Below are positions 24,707 to 37,304 of a DNA stretch of 64,000 nucleotides, piece after piece (position 1 is the stretch's first letter; each line of letters opens with the position of its first letter). Source of the stretch: Rhizodiscina lignyota (lineage: Eukaryota); NCBI GenBank assembly GCA_010015805.1, contig ML978135.1, positions 434,001 through 498,000 of the forward strand, given 5' to 3'. A program made the position numbers and the translations under genes. The notes beneath the pieces are model-generated. The model worked only from the letters and a program-made list of their open reading frames with translations, ran no database searches and was not told where the DNA came from.

Positions 24707-27362
24707 TTACAACAACAGATCCCCATTCCCTTGACCCACTGCAGGCTGATATATACTCTGTGGCTGATTTTGATTAACAACATACAAGTTCTGTCCCTGT
24801 ATGCTTCCCACACCACCGGGACTCGCATCCGCAATCTGCATCTGCGCCATGCTCTGGCTCCCAATGCCCGAGAAGTAGAGATCGGCGGCATCGGCAGCCG
24901 ACAGCGGGGAGGTGACACCGTTCGCTCCATTAGTTTGCGGTACGCCGTTCGACGGTGACATGCCCACGCTGGCGGCGGCTGCGACGGACGCAACTGCCGG
25001 AAGCTGGGAAGTTTGCAGGGCGAGGTTGGCTTGTGTCTCTTGTTTCTGGCGCTGGCGCTGATGTTCCGCTTTTGCGATGGTGGTGGGAAGTTGGTCCTTC
25101 TGCAACGCTGGACTGTCGGTGATTCTTCTTGGTCGCGCGCTTCTGAATACCGCTTGCACGGGTTTGAGGTAGACTGTTGCGAGGGTGCCGACGACGAGAC
25201 ACATCTCCTCTAGCGTATGAGGATCTAGTTTCTCGCTCTCAGCGGTGATGGGAGGCTTCTCGCCCATGACGATCGACTTTGCGATTGCTGGGTCGGTGGA
25301 GAGAAGCCGCCAATACATGTAGCCTCTGTCGCGGAGATCTGGATGATCTGTCTCTTCGGTAGCCCACTTGAGAACTTTAGGCACTAGCTCTTGTCCCTTT
25401 GTAGGGCGCTGAATGAATAGCTTGACAGTGGCCGTCAGCAGGGCCAATTGGACCTCATGCGGCTCGTCCGCAAAGGTATCCAAAAAATCCTCCAGCAGCT
25501 CGTCAGAATTCTCAATGCGGTCTGCGTATTGTCCAATAACCCAAATCATCGCTGACTTTGCTTCGGGCTCGTCGAGGCTGTCAAGATTTTCGCAGAGGGT
25601 CGAGATAATGGACTCGTATTGGTTCGGATACTTGCGGAAGATGTTGCGAATCACAACGGTAGCTTCTTGAACGATGTAGGACACTTTCGTCGCAACGAGG
25701 TCGAGAAGTGTATTGATACATAGACGAGCAGCAGGTTCGATCTTGATTGCCAGCTTGCCAATGGCGCGGACCGCCTTGCGCACGAAGTCTACGTCAATCT
25801 CAGTCGCGTACCTGCAGTCTGTTAGATGCAACTTCTCAATGATAGCTGCTGTATACATACTCGCGCAGCTCTGTCAGCACCTCTTTGATATTCCTCTCAT
25901 TTGCCAGCATGAAGATGAGCTCCAGCTTGGTGACCTTGACGTAGATGGGATCATTGTATTTGCAGAAGAAGACGCGGATATCGTTTCGAAGGACTTCCGG
26001 CCGCCGTTGCAGGATGAGGAGGGCATTTCGGAGCGCAAGATATTGAATCTCAGGCCCCTTCGATAACAGTGTGACGAGCGGAGGAGAGAGTTTGTTGCAT
26101 AAGGAAGTGATGAGCTTTTGGTCGGAGATGTAGTTCATGAGGTATAAGATGACGCGAATGCAAGTGAGGACGACGGCAGAATTGGTGTGTGATAATCGAG
26201 GAGCAACGCGCTCAGCCAGCAGGCCGGCTTCTTGGGTATCTTGCGGGACATAATTCATTAAAGCTTCGAGGATATATGTTTGGCCCCATCTAGTAATATC
26301 AGTACTCGTCAACGACAATTCTGGCGCGCCACGTACTCTGAGCAGTCTGGTAAGATCTGCACAATCTTTGAGGCACTTGTGTAATCGATTGTGAGTTTGA
26401 TGGATTCGCTGCGTTCCCAAATATCCATCAATGCAGCTAGTGCGCTGGACACGACTGTTGGGTTTTCGTCTCGCAGCATGTTATTCAGTCTGTCAATCAG
26501 GTCTGACGCTTCGACCAGTCGCCTGTCGTGATCGTATAGTTTTGCAACGCAGTAAGTGGCGGTCTTCCTGACATATGCATCTGGGTCCTTCAACAGGCCT
26601 TTCAGGGGGTTGACTGTGGCTTCGACGAATTCGCGAACGTGGATGTAGGAGATGGTTCTTAAAGCCAGTGCCCGTACTAAGGGGTTCGGATCTTCCATGT
26701 CCTATCACGACAATCAGCCCATGGTGCACTGTTCCTGTTCATATCTCCTGGGGCATACCGCGACAATGATCGGTAACGCTTTCAGCGCGATATCAGGCTT
26801 TATCCGCGCATAGTTGACCAAGTATAAGAAGCACCTGCTCCGGTCAGTCTTCGCTATCCGATGCAGCTACAGCCGTCGTCCATATATACTGACATTTTCT
26901 TGATCTCCAAGCTTGGAATGTTCATGCAATTGACAATGTCTGGAAACAACCCAACCATGTCGTTGTTGCTCATCGTCATGTTCGCAACAATCTTCTTCAG
27001 CGCTATCTTCTTCGCCGCATGGTTCTTGTCCTTCTTGCCACCGCTGTTTAGCTCGAGGCGTAGTTCGGCCACTTTGCCCTGTCGCGTGAGAGGTGAGCGC
27101 GGAACTCCCATATACGCATATGGTAGGAACATGATTGCGACTGCCATGCGCGTGGCACGCTTTCCAGACGCATTGGAGCGGTGTGTGGACTGATATCCGA
27201 GAGAAATCGGAGGGGCGGTAGGAGGACGGCTTGCGATATGAAATGGTAGTGCGGGCGAGGTTGAATACACCAATGAATGGAGGACGAGGTCAGGTGCATA
27301 GATGAGGCAAGGAAAGGGCTTACTCGAGCGAACAGCTTCGCGTCCTGGCCTGCACCGCTCAT
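24707..27362 (-). CDS. APL1: AP-2 adaptor complex beta subunit, multi-exon
   Basis: [80 protein letters not shown]. Confidence 0.9.
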
Positions 27363-27780
27363 GGTGGGCAGCTCTAGCAACCAAGATCTGGGGATCAATC
27401 AAGCGTATGCATGTGCCCATCCATCCACCACCGCAAGCCCTCCTGACCCCTCAGTAGACAGCAGGGGGCCGAGTTCCCGAATTTGAGTGCTGCGCTATCT
27501 CCTCGGGAGTCGGTTGGCTGTCATATCAGTTATACGAGGAGCGTGATCGAAGGCTGCGAAGGAGGATGAAGGTTGGAAGAGAGTTATACAAGACCCACTT
27601 GAGGCTGCCCGGAGCAGTGCAGTGATGACCATTGCTTGAAGCGCTCGGAGGCCTGATGTTCCGCTTGCTCCGCCGGCTTCCGCCCGTCCCGCTCCGCCAA
27701 TAGCCAAGCTTCAGGCTACTTCAGCTTCATGTATCCATCTGCGTTCTGTCGCCATTCGACATCGTCATCAACAGAACATA

Positions 27781-28421
27781 ATGGCAGGAGCTTCCCACTC
27801 TCCTCCACCGCCTCCACAATGGGTACTCGACCTCGATTCACCCCCGGCGCCGAAGCAAAAGGCAGGTTCGACGCCAGACCCTCCCGGATTCAGCACTGCA
27901 AGCAGTACCAAGGTAAGAGCTCAACATCCCTGAAACACAAGTGCAGTATGCTGAGATACCGTCTACAGCGCGGATCCTCTAAGCAACAATCCTCCAAGGA
28001 CCAACCCGCGCGCAAGCCTCCCACCCCTGAAGAGATGGACACGCTGAAGGTGAAGAAGGCCTGGGAGGTCGCAATCGCACCCGCAAAACAACTGCCAATG
28101 AACGCAATCGGCATGTATATGACCGGCAATTCACTACAGATATTCAGCATCATGATGGTTTTTATGCTCTTCAAGACGCCGATCACAGCACTCATGGGTC
28201 TGCCAAATGCGTTCCAGAGATTCGAATCTCCGGGCACGAAAGACAAGCTTTTGTTGGTAAAGCTTGTGTATGTTTTGACGAACCTTTTAGCGGTCGGACT
28301 GGGTTTATGGAAAGTTGGTCAAATGGGATTACTACCGACCACAAGATCGGATTGGCTGGCGTGGGAGGCAGCGAGGGAACCGTTGGAACGAGCGTATCCA
28401 ATTTTCGGAACAGGAAAATGA
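27781..28421 (+). CDS. EMC4: ER membrane protein complex subunit 4 (DUF1077), 2 exons
   Basis: KKAWEVAIAPAKQLPMNAIGMYMTGNSLQIFSIMM, MGLLPTTRSDWL; intron 27913-27968. Confidence 0.92.
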
Positions 28422-28746
28422 AATCACAGCTCTTGAATGTATGACAGCTTCTCGGCGTATTCTTGCCCTGGATCAGTCTTAAGAGCGGCAATCTTGAATA
28501 GCTATGATCTATAATGGGCCGAGCACCTCTCCGATCTCCTCACATGCAAGCCACAGGATCTTGGCCCCTGTGTACTTCACAGAGCTTCTCATGCGCGTCG
28601 GCATGCCACGCTAGCAGAGGTTGTCACGGGCCTCCTCATCCAGCAACTAGCTAACACATGAAGTCATTGTGTAAGGGCGAGTATTTAAGCTTTATCCCCA
28701 GGCCTTATCTTCACTTCCTTCTCCAACTTTTCGTTCAGTCCACTCC

Positions 28747-29592
28747 ATGGTGCTGGCATTCCAATTCCAACCTCAACTTCTGTCAAACTACCTTCAGTCA
28801 AACGCCTGTTCCTCACACAGGAGTTCGGCCTTCAACCGCGTCAACACATCCAAGATGCCCGACAGTGTTGATACTCTCGACGCCGAGGCCAGGGCCTCTT
28901 CAACGGAACACGATGAGCGCAACTCAACTTCGACTGAAATCTTCTCTCCTCTACTTAGGCTGCCAGCTGAGCTACGACTTATCATATACGAGCTGCACCT
29001 AGCGTCGAAAGTCTGGTACGATCCTAACTCGGGATTCTACAGGATATACATCTGCGACTTCCGAGTCCGTTCTCGCCGGGATTGGCTACGCTCAATGTTT
29101 CATGTTAATCGTCAATTACGAGTTGAGTTCTCGGAGTACATTCGCAAAACTGCGACCTTTGCAATGTATACATTCCACAGCCCTAGCGAACTCATGGCGC
29201 TCAGTGGACACATCCGATCGTTAATGGCCCACGTCGAAATCAGAAACCATAACTACGACAACGTTTTCCCAACCTTTCAAGAGAGAGTCGAAAATCTTTC
29301 CAGTCGAAACGGTTTCACACATCTACAGAAGTTGGACCTGGTTGTTGAGTGTAGCGGTCCAAGGGAATGTCATGGCATAGCGAAGGTGGTTTCAAAGTGG
29401 TTTAAGCTTCACGGTACGCCTTTGAAGCCCTTGGAGGAAGGAAATGAGAGCTTGAAGGAGGTAGTCGTAGAGTCTCTCTGCTATCATCCTGATGCGACGA
29501 GGAAAAGAGTGACGTGGTTCCGATATTTCCGCGTTGGACAAAAACTCGTCAGGGACACTGAAGTGCAAGCTGAGATGGTCAGAAGAACTTAG
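28747..29592 (+). CDS. Hypothetical protein with F-box-like LLRLPAELRLIIY motif
   Basis: 281-aa ORF (start may be the ATG at 28855); motif typical of fungal F-box-like proteins. Confidence 0.6.
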   Translation: MVLAFQFQPQLLSNYLQSNACSSHRSSAFNRVNTSKMPDSVDTLDAEARASSTEHDERNSTSTEIFSPLLRLPAELRLIIYELHLASKVWYDPNSGFYRIYICDFRVRSRRDWLRSMFHVNRQLRVEFSEYIRKTATFAMYTFHSPSELMALSGHIRSLMAHVEIRNHNYDNVFPTFQERVENLSSRNGFTHLQKLDLVVECSGPRECHGIAKVVSKWFKLHGTPLKPLEEGNESLKEVVVESLCYHPDATRKRVTWFRYFRVGQKLVRDTEVQAEMVRRT

Positions 29593-29859
29593 AGTAATGT
29601 GTGTGAGGGCGGGCATACGTACCGCTACAAGCACCACTCGCGACTAATAGCGAACAAGTTTCATGACCTGGAGGTCAGGCTTGGAGGTCAGGCTTCCGTG
29701 GAGTCAGATGATAGTCGAACAATGAAATAAAAGTCTACGGAGGCAACCAATCGATATCTTGAAGTTGAAGATGGTTGCTCACCCCTATCGTCCTACCAAT
29801 CGTTCACATATTCACCCGCAAGTTGCATTCTCTCGTGCCCTCCGTGTACCAGCAATAGC

Positions 29860-30160
29860 AAGAAATGCATGCTCCTCATAGAGCAGCCCAAACGACCACC
29901 CCAACCCTTCGCTCTCAATCTGCCTCAGCGCCGTCGCTACTCCTCGCTTACTATATCCGCTGTGAACAACCAGCTGTGTGATCCAGCAAGCCTGCCTGCC
30001 ATCGACAGGCCAGTGCGATGCGAAGACGTTGCCGACAAGCTGCCCATTGGGTGCGCCGGAGCTTGACGGCCCCAGGTGCCGTAATGTGACGAAAAGAGCG
30101 CTGCAGTATCTTGGAGCATTGCATCCGGGATGTCAACTGATTCGAAGGCCCCGATGAGGG
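29860..30160 (-). pseudogene. Possible degenerate fragment of a fungal GNAT-like gene
   Basis: DAMLQDTAALFSSHYGTWG resembles the N-terminus of a fungal hypothetical acetyltransferase-like family (from memory); stops follow. Confidence 0.25.
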
Positions 30161-30828
30161 TGTCGAAGGTGCAGGCCGATGGCGTGAAAGATGCGGCCTT
30201 CAGTTTTGTGAAGTGCCGAGTGTGAGTGAATCTTGAGAAAGGAAAATGCTGTTCCTCGAAAGTAAGAAATAAAGACAGGAGAATTAGCCGTTGATGGAAG
30301 GGCGTTGGAGCCGCTTGGAACATCACACGTGATGCCCAAGGAGGTCCATTGGCTTACTAGACTTTTGAATTACGGGCCATCTCACAAAAAGCTCAGAAAA
30401 GTTGAGACACCAGAGTACGTCGGGATATCATATATTGTTCATCTCCTCACTCGGCACCCGCCCCAGAGCGCCAACGCTATCAACAGAAAAACCAAGCAAA
30501 GCCAGTTATGCCCAGTTCCAGTTTTTCCCCATTCCCGGCTTGCCAAAAGCCCTCCAACATCACCATACGCCAGACCAACGGCTGACCATAAAGACGTCGA
30601 AGCTGAACTTCCGAGAGGAAACAAAGTACAAAGAGTATTTTTCCTCCCAGGGCAATGACACCGGCATGGTCTAAACGGACTTGCATTGCAGTGCAGAAGA
30701 CGCCAAAAAGGAAGAAAGTCGTGGTGAGACGCTGGGCGGTGCTACGGCACATCCCAGCTGCGGTAGAGACGATTAAAAGAATATGTTACAGGCAAAAGGA
30801 GAGACGTTCAAGTATTCAAAGGCAATCA

Positions 30829-33800
30829 TCAAGGTAAAGTCATCGTCGGGTCTGCCTGCGGATTGCTTCCTCCGTCCGTCTTGGCGTCGCTAGATTCGGT
30901 TGCCGTCACGGAGACGTTTTCTGAAAAGTTTTGGCCCCTTGAAGAGCCCCTCTCGTCATCAGCAGCATCATTCATAGGCACCATAGGCATGTCCACCTCT
31001 TCAATCGCGCTACCTTCAGCCTGACCTTCCTTTTCCTTGCCCTTCTCGCTCGTAGCCTTAGTCTCCTTATCGTACGACACTGAAGAAACCTCTGCGAGAT
31101 TGGAGAGAGATTTTGGTTCCTTCTCCTTATCCGCAGCAGCAGCAGCTTCTTTGGCGGCAGCCACGGCTTCACTCTTCCTCTTCCTATTCGTGTAGTCGCT
31201 GAGACTCAACTTCTTCTTTAGCGGACTTGGTGCTACGGCAGACTGGATCGCAGGGGAGAAGAGCGGGCCAAGAGGTCCGGGTGCCGTAGTGGAGAGTGGA
31301 GATTGTGCGAAAGCGCTTCCAGTGACAGAGCCAGGTGTAGCAGCAAACGATGGCGTGGTTGGCGTCGGAGATGTGAATGAAGGCACGGGGGGGAGTGTGA
31401 CATGCAAGTTCTGAGGACGAGTTGAGCTTGACGAAGTAACTGAAGTGGCAGATGTAGGCTCGGCTTCAGTTGGCGTCTTGGAAGGTTCAGCGATTGTTGG
31501 GGCCACAGCGCCGTCTTCGGTAGCAGGCGGATTGGATGTGGATAGAGCTGGCAAATCTACACTTTGTGTCGCTGTGTCGCTTGTAGGCGGCGGTGCCGGG
31601 ACTGGTTCAGGCCATGACGGTTCTGGAGGGTCTGAATGCTGCGGAGGCTCTAGTGGCGCGTCGGGAAGCACATCCCTCGCTTCTGGCTTTTCTTGAGCTT
31701 CCTCTGCACTTTGAACAGGCTCAGGTGACGCATCCCTCATCTCCACATCTTCAGCAGTTTCCGACGGGCCTGCGTCTGGAGCCTGATCAGAATCCCGTGA
31801 ACCAGCTTCAATATTCGAGGACTGTTGAGCGGGTTTCGGAGGTGGCGGCATACATGCAGTAGGAGAAAGCGCAATAGCTGGAGGCTGTGCCTGTGCAGCA
31901 GATGCGGCGCCGTTGGGCTGAGGTGAAGACGTGTTAGCGGGTGATGCAGCCGGTCTCTCAGGCTTCGGCTGATTGGATATTATTCCTTCCCGCGTACGCG
32001 CGAGCAGCCTCTGTGCATAAGGCACCCTCTTCCTTCTCCTCTCCGCAAGCACCGCAGGGTCCACAAGCTGCGTACTAAAGTACGGATCTGACTCCGTTTG
32101 TGTGTCCATGTCGAGATATACCGGTCTTGCTTGTATTTGAACGGGTCCATTGGTGGACGTGTTTCGAGGAGTTCGCATGTTGCCATTCAAACCGTTCGCG
32201 TCTGCAGCAAACGACCTGAAAGATTTAGAAGATGAGGCAAGAGTGGGCGAAGGATTTTGAAAATCGTTGATGCCTAGCTGCTTCTGTGCGTTTGTTAGCA
32301 ACGTGATGCAATTGCCCGAAACACGCGATTCGCTTACGGAAGTAAGGGCACTTGGCGTATTGAGTGCCGACCCAGCGCTGTGGCGTTTCTTCCTCCTGCT
32401 GCCATGCTCATGTTGGTCCATCATGTCGAATTGTTTTTCGATCTGCTGCATTTTGCGGCGTTCCCTCTCGGAGAGTTCCACGCCCAACCCCGTCATTCCT
32501 TCCACGGAATTAGCGCCCGGGGTGTTGTCACGACTAGTAGGTTTACTTCGAGAGGAACCAGATATAGATCTGCTATCTGCACGGTCGTCAAATTGTTCGC
32601 CTCTTGTAAAGGCAGCTTCGCTGCTAGCGCGGCTATTTGTAGCGTGTCCAGTTGAGAGTGGCGAGATGTGGCTGAGGATTTTCTTTCCTCTGCGGCCTCT
32701 GGGTGGCTTGAGCGAATTGCTAACACCATCGGATGAAATCTGCTGGTGGCGGCGGTCGAAACGGCCAAGTAAGCAGTAACCGTATGACCTCCTGCAAGCA
32801 CAGCCGCCAAAGTTTGCCAACACACCGGATGCCCAATTCGAAATGAATTGTTCATCTTCACCATGAATGCCTTCTTTCTTAATGTTGCCGTTGCTGTATG
32901 ACGTGGAGAGTATCTCCCTAACGTCCCGGTCGAGTTCCCACGGGATTGTGATCTCATCACCTTCATTGATGTCCACAGTTGACACGATGCAGAAGTGATA
33001 GTCTCTTCCTTTGTCGATGAGGATCTTCATTTGCGCGTTCGGTTGACAGCTCCGTCGTACGTATCGCAAGGGGGTTCCTTCTTCTCGAGCGTCGATGACG
33101 ATGGGTAGGTGAGGCGGGCAGAAGACGAACGGCTCTGGATGTCGTAATGTTGCCCAGCGGTTGGAGGGATTTTGCGCGTAGTCTTCGAAACGACTGATGT
33201 GCCCTTTTATCTCGCCGATGAGCGCATTAGAAGGGATGGCAGAATCAACAGTGAGCCACTCGATAACTGGGTGCACGCCATTGATTGAGATGGATTTGTC
33301 CTCCTCTCTATGGTGTGTCAGCTTTGGGTATATGCTCTCGAGCTCTGCAAAGGACCGGTCTGGTCTGTTGAATACGAGTCGGTGGTCGATGCCGTTTGCG
33401 ACTTCGGCGAGCGCATCCGGATCCTGGACCCATGCAGATAGATCGTTTGTCACACCAATGGTGGTGAATGAGTTTTCCTCTGCAAGTTGATAAGGTGGTT
33501 TTTGGGGTAACTGCATGAACTCTGGGGAGAAATAGTCACCACTGTATCCATTGGGGGTGAGCGCAGGAGGCGACTTGACAGGGCTTTGGCCAGCAACATT
33601 TCCTGCGCCCAGTTTCCGACGAGAGTTTGCAGCGGAGGATAGCTGATTGAGCGATGCGACAGAAGCCGATGCCCTGTGGCTTGTCTTTGGTCGTTTGGCA
33701 GGTGGTGGTTGATCTCTCGGGCTGCCGCTCGGTCGCTCCGCGCTGTTAGCCCGGTCGGAAACAGGCCACCCATTGGTGGTGATCGAGTCTTTTGTCTTCT

Positions 33801-34182
33801 TTTTGTGGCTCTTTGTCGTAGGGCGTTTCACTCTGCGTTCTCCAAGGATATGTTGTTCGCGAAGTTGTTTTTGTCGTTCGGTCGCGCTTTTCCTGTCGAG
33901 GCTTCGCGGATGGCAATCAAGACACTCGTGGACGTCGGGCACTATCTGATCGGGATAATAGCACTCGATATGCTGCCAGGTATTGCATTCCTCGCAGAAA
34001 ACTGTGTTTCCGTCGTCGTCGTTGAAGCCGCATATGCATTTGATTGTGGAGGAGACTTCTTCTTGAGCGGCACCCTCGTGGATCGACGCACCGTTGGGTA
34101 GAATGGTAGGAAGGGGGGATGGAGCATTTTCCGAGCCCAGCTGAATTTCAGCATGTGCGCCGATAGCAGAAAAGTCTGTCAT
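30829..34182 (-). CDS. SET3: SET3/SET4-like PHD finger plus degenerate SET domain protein
   Basis: IKCICGFNDDDGNTVFCEECNTWQHIECY (PHD); YVRRSCQPN and GDEITIPW (inactive-type SET); KKKLSLSDY; in-frame 54-nt intron 32284-32337. Confidence 0.85.
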   Translation of the reverse strand: MTDFSAIGAHAEIQLGSENAPSPLPTILPNGASIHEGAAQEEVSSTIKCICGFNDDDGNTVFCEECNTWQHIECYYPDQIVPDVHECLDCHPRSLDRKSATERQKQLREQHILGERRVKRPTTKSHKKKTKDSITTNGWPVSDRANSAERPSGSPRDQPPPAKRPKTSHRASASVASLNQLSSAANSRRKLGAGNVAGQSPVKSPPALTPNGYSGDYFSPEFMQLPQKPPYQLAEENSFTTIGVTNDLSAWVQDPDALAEVANGIDHRLVFNRPDRSFAELESIYPKLTHHREEDKSISINGVHPVIEWLTVDSAIPSNALIGEIKGHISRFEDYAQNPSNRWATLRHPEPFVFCPPHLPIVIDAREEGTPLRYVRRSCQPNAQMKILIDKGRDYHFCIVSTVDINEGDEITIPWELDRDVREILSTSYSNGNIKKEGIHGEDEQFISNWASGVLANFGGCACRRSYGYCLLGRFDRRHQQISSDGVSNSLKPPRGRRGKKILSHISPLSTGHATNSRASSEAAFTRGEQFDDRADSRSISGSSRSKPTSRDNTPGANSVEGMTGLGVELSERERRKMQQIEKQFDMMDQHEHGSRRKKRHSAGSALNTPSALTSVSESRVSGNCITLLTNAQKQLGINDFQNPSPTLASSSKSFRSFAADANGLNGNMRTPRNTSTNGPVQIQARPVYLDMDTQTESDPYFSTQLVDPAVLAERRRKRVPYAQRLLARTREGIISNQPKPERPAASPANTSSPQPNGAASAAQAQPPAIALSPTACMPPPPKPAQQSSNIEAGSRDSDQAPDAGPSETAEDVEMRDASPEPVQSAEEAQEKPEARDVLPDAPLEPPQHSDPPEPSWPEPVPAPPPTSDTATQSVDLPALSTSNPPATEDGAVAPTIAEPSKTPTEAEPTSATSVTSSSSTRPQNLHVTLPPVPSFTSPTPTTPSFAATPGSVTGSAFAQSPLSTTAPGPLGPLFSPAIQSAVAPSPLKKKLSLSDYTNRKRKSEAVAAAKEAAAAADKEKEPKSLSNLAEVSSVSYDKETKATSEKGKEKEGQAEGSAIEEVDMPMVPMNDAADDERGSSRGQNFSENVSVTATESSDAKTDGGSNPQADPTMTLP

Positions 34183-36716
34183 GCTACGCTCGAGTCGTTG
34201 TTGTCGTCTGTTTCTCGCAAGCCGTTGTTTAGGTGTCTCTTTGTCTGGATCTCATGACGGCCGACAACTCGAGCTGCGCCGCGGCGCGATCGCATATAAC
34301 GCTATCTGCTATGAGACTGCGTCGTTAGAACCTCTAGCTTGAGCCAAAACTACGCCGGAATGGGAGCTTTGTAGGGTAGAGTGGGAGGATTACGCGCACT
34401 CTTCCTGAGCCGGAGGGAAACAAGCGCGGTGGGGAGGGTGGAGAAAGCTGCAGTAGGAAACTTGACGCCCGAAAGATCATGAGAAGCTGGTCTCTGAGTC
34501 GTTCGGCGTCGTGAGAGGCGCGCGAGAGGCGAGATCGAGCGGAAAGGGGCGTGGGTTCCAGTCCGTTATCGAGATCCCGAAATGGACAAACGAAAACGGT
34601 GGCACAAGGATGTGTCGAAACAGCGTGGATGTGGTCGCGGAGTGTGGTGAAGTGCTGGAACGACCGGATCGGCAGGTTAGAGGCGGTCGTGAAGGAGTTT
34701 GTCGGTGAGGAATTTGAGGGACAGCAGGACCGCCTGAGAACTCGTCAGGCGAAAAGGCACTAAAGGTGGAGGAGACATCGAAGGCCACGCTTGCCCGACT
34801 TGGCTTAGCTCTGATGAGCTGCTGTAACGCCAAGGCCGTCTTCCATTCAACTTTCCGTCCGCGCAACGCGTCGTGCCATCCTCCTCTCCTCCTCCACCTC
34901 CCACACCTCAACATACCGCAGACAACGCCTCGGACCGCGCATTCTTGAAACCGTTCTCAGATGGCGCCCTAAAGAGGATTGTACTTCCCTTACCAGCCAT
35001 GCTACGACCGAGCTACAGGATTTCGGACGACATCGACAGCTATGTAACCTCGGATCCACAATCGTTCACGATAGAATCGCGGTTCATGGCGCTGCAAGTT
35101 TAAAGTCGCGTTAAACCTTGTTTCCCACAGTACTCGGCACGCGGTTTATCGCAGATCTATTAGGAAATGCTTGATACCCGTCCGCTGTTCCTCGGCTGCT
35201 CGTACCCGTCTGAGCCGTAACATTCGGCATGCCATTTGCGCTCGTTCTCGTCGCTACTGCATCTTATATTGCTTTGCGGAGTAATATGAAGGGAAGCGCC
35301 GAGTACCGTTGCCCATAGGGAATCGCATGAAACGATGTCCGTTATCCCTTTCTGGAGGGAAAAAGCGTCTTTGCAAATCTTGATATGTATTGAGTCCGCT
35401 GGCAAACGGCTGAGTATATGAACATGTTACAGGAGATCCATGTCGAGGGCAACTTTTTCCGACGTATGCAGTAATTGTCGTTACGACGATTATGGTCCCA
35501 GGAGCTCCTTACAGGAGGCTACTTCAAACGATATACTTTACCTCATCAGACTTTCCCTGCTCGTCACGACAACATCGTTTAGCCGACTGCCATCATCAAT
35601 TTTTGAACTATACGACGACACTTTCCTAGCAAACTCCCACTGCAAGAGTTCTACAGCCAATGGTGTTGTGGCAGTGGTATTGGCATTGCTAGACTTCGTG
35701 CCCCGCGGAAGGTTCGTATTCCACTATAATGTTCTCGCATGGACTCCATGAACATGTTGTATATGAACGAAACTGTCATATAGTAGCGAAACGGTGTCAT
35801 GTTCGCAAAGATGGAGCTTCAACCGAGCCACACACTCTTGAGAGTCGAGACCCCCAACACATACCTGATCCGCGTGCCTTCATCTCCGACCGCTGCCCTT
35901 CAAATCTTGTTCAGTTGTGGGATCTTTGACGTTTATGACTGTTTCCAACTTAACAAAGCCTCTATCCTCCAAATCTCTTTCGTCTGCCTTCACACACAAA
36001 GCAGAAGACATCCACCATCACTTTTCAGGATACTACTGATGTAACGACAAGCACTAGTATTCACCATCTGGGCCAGTAATGCGAGCCCGACGAGAACTGT
36101 GGGTATGGCGTATCTTGCTATGTTGCACAAATGACGAGGACGTACCTAATACTTGGAAGTAAATACTACCATCACTCAGCCGGCGGGTCGTTATCGACAT
36201 TGAGATGTGGCAGTTCCCTTGCTTTCATCGGTCACGAGGCTAATATTTCATGTTTGACCAAAGGAAGTTGCGCCCGAATTGCTCTTCGCGCTCGACGCGT
36301 GTTAGGTGCTCTTTATGTGCGGTAAAACGAGAAGGAAAGCATCGAATGCAAGTCTTTGCGATTTATAGTCGTGCGCCCATCGGCTCTAGCAGTAGGGGAC
36401 TTCTCTATGACAAAAAGAAGCTAAGTACGTATCAGTACACACATGATATTCATGAAGTCAAAGCTGCCGGTCAATGGTTTCATATCCCACTTGTGTGAAG
36501 GCAACTTCAAGCAAGTTGCATAGCGCTCCAAGGGGTGTCAGCCAAGCGTTGCGTTCTTTCTTCCAGTTTCTGTTCATCCGTACAGCTCCAGGCTTCCCGT
36601 TTGATATATTTGACCTCGTTTACAGATATCAACGTCTCCAAGTTGGCCCCGTTGGTGAAAATGTACGATAAATCGAATCCAGCCCCTGTATTGAGTATAC
36701 TGTACCTCAATCCTTC

Positions 36717-37304
36717 TCAATTCCCCGCAACCGCCAACGCGTACCAAAAGTTCATAAAAACCCAAAGAGCCAATGCCTCGACAGCGAAAGCATAGAAATC
36801 CTCATGCAGGAGCCTCCCTCGATGACTCCTTTCGGTCAGTTCGGCAATGGTCTGGTGCAGCAACCACAGGCCGAGGAGACCAAATATGTGGAAGAGGAAC
36901 ATGCGGTGAAAGTATTTGGCGAAAGCTGTGAGGATTGGATATAGCTGCTCTCGTCCTTGGGTGAAGGATTTGATCTCGGCGACGAAGAGGAGGACGCCGG
37001 CATATGACATGCAGCACACAGTACGCCAGCGGCGCTCTCGAAGAGATGGGTCAGCTGGCGAGGGAACCTCCGGATTGTGCTGTTGTTGATATACCATCCC
37101 AACTTCAGCTGTGCTTGACGTATCTATTCGTTCGATACTTTCGCTATCGGCTGTGCTATTTGTTCCATCGGCATCCACCTCTACAATTTCTCGTGGAGTA
37201 ATAGTTTTTTTGTGGATATCATCATGCTCGGGACACGCGCTTTCGAGGTCGTATTCGTAAGAAACTGAACCTTTATCATTTGAACTGAATATTATGCGCC
37301 CCAT
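36717..37304 (-). CDS. Hypothetical membrane protein (195 aa, about 3 TM segments)
   Basis: ATG-initiated ORF, acidic N-terminus, hydrophobic C-terminal segments; frame stays open past the TGA to 36507. Confidence 0.5.
   Translation of the reverse strand: MGRIIFSSNDKGSVSYEYDLESACPEHDDIHKKTITPREIVEVDADGTNSTADSESIERIDTSSTAEVGMVYQQQHNPEVPSPADPSLRERRWRTVCCMSYAGVLLFVAEIKSFTQGREQLYPILTAFAKYFHRMFLFHIFGLLGLWLLHQTIAELTERSHRGRLLHEDFYAFAVEALALWVFMNFWYALAVAGN

Noticed and set aside
24707..25100. AP-2 beta lacks the C-terminal appendage domain
   Set aside because: Already established for Dikarya AP-2 beta subunits; not novel.
29669..29695. Short tandem duplication tggaggtcaggct x2 (similar 16-bp duplication near 63417-63449)
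   Set aside because: Two copies only; ordinary slippage, not an array.
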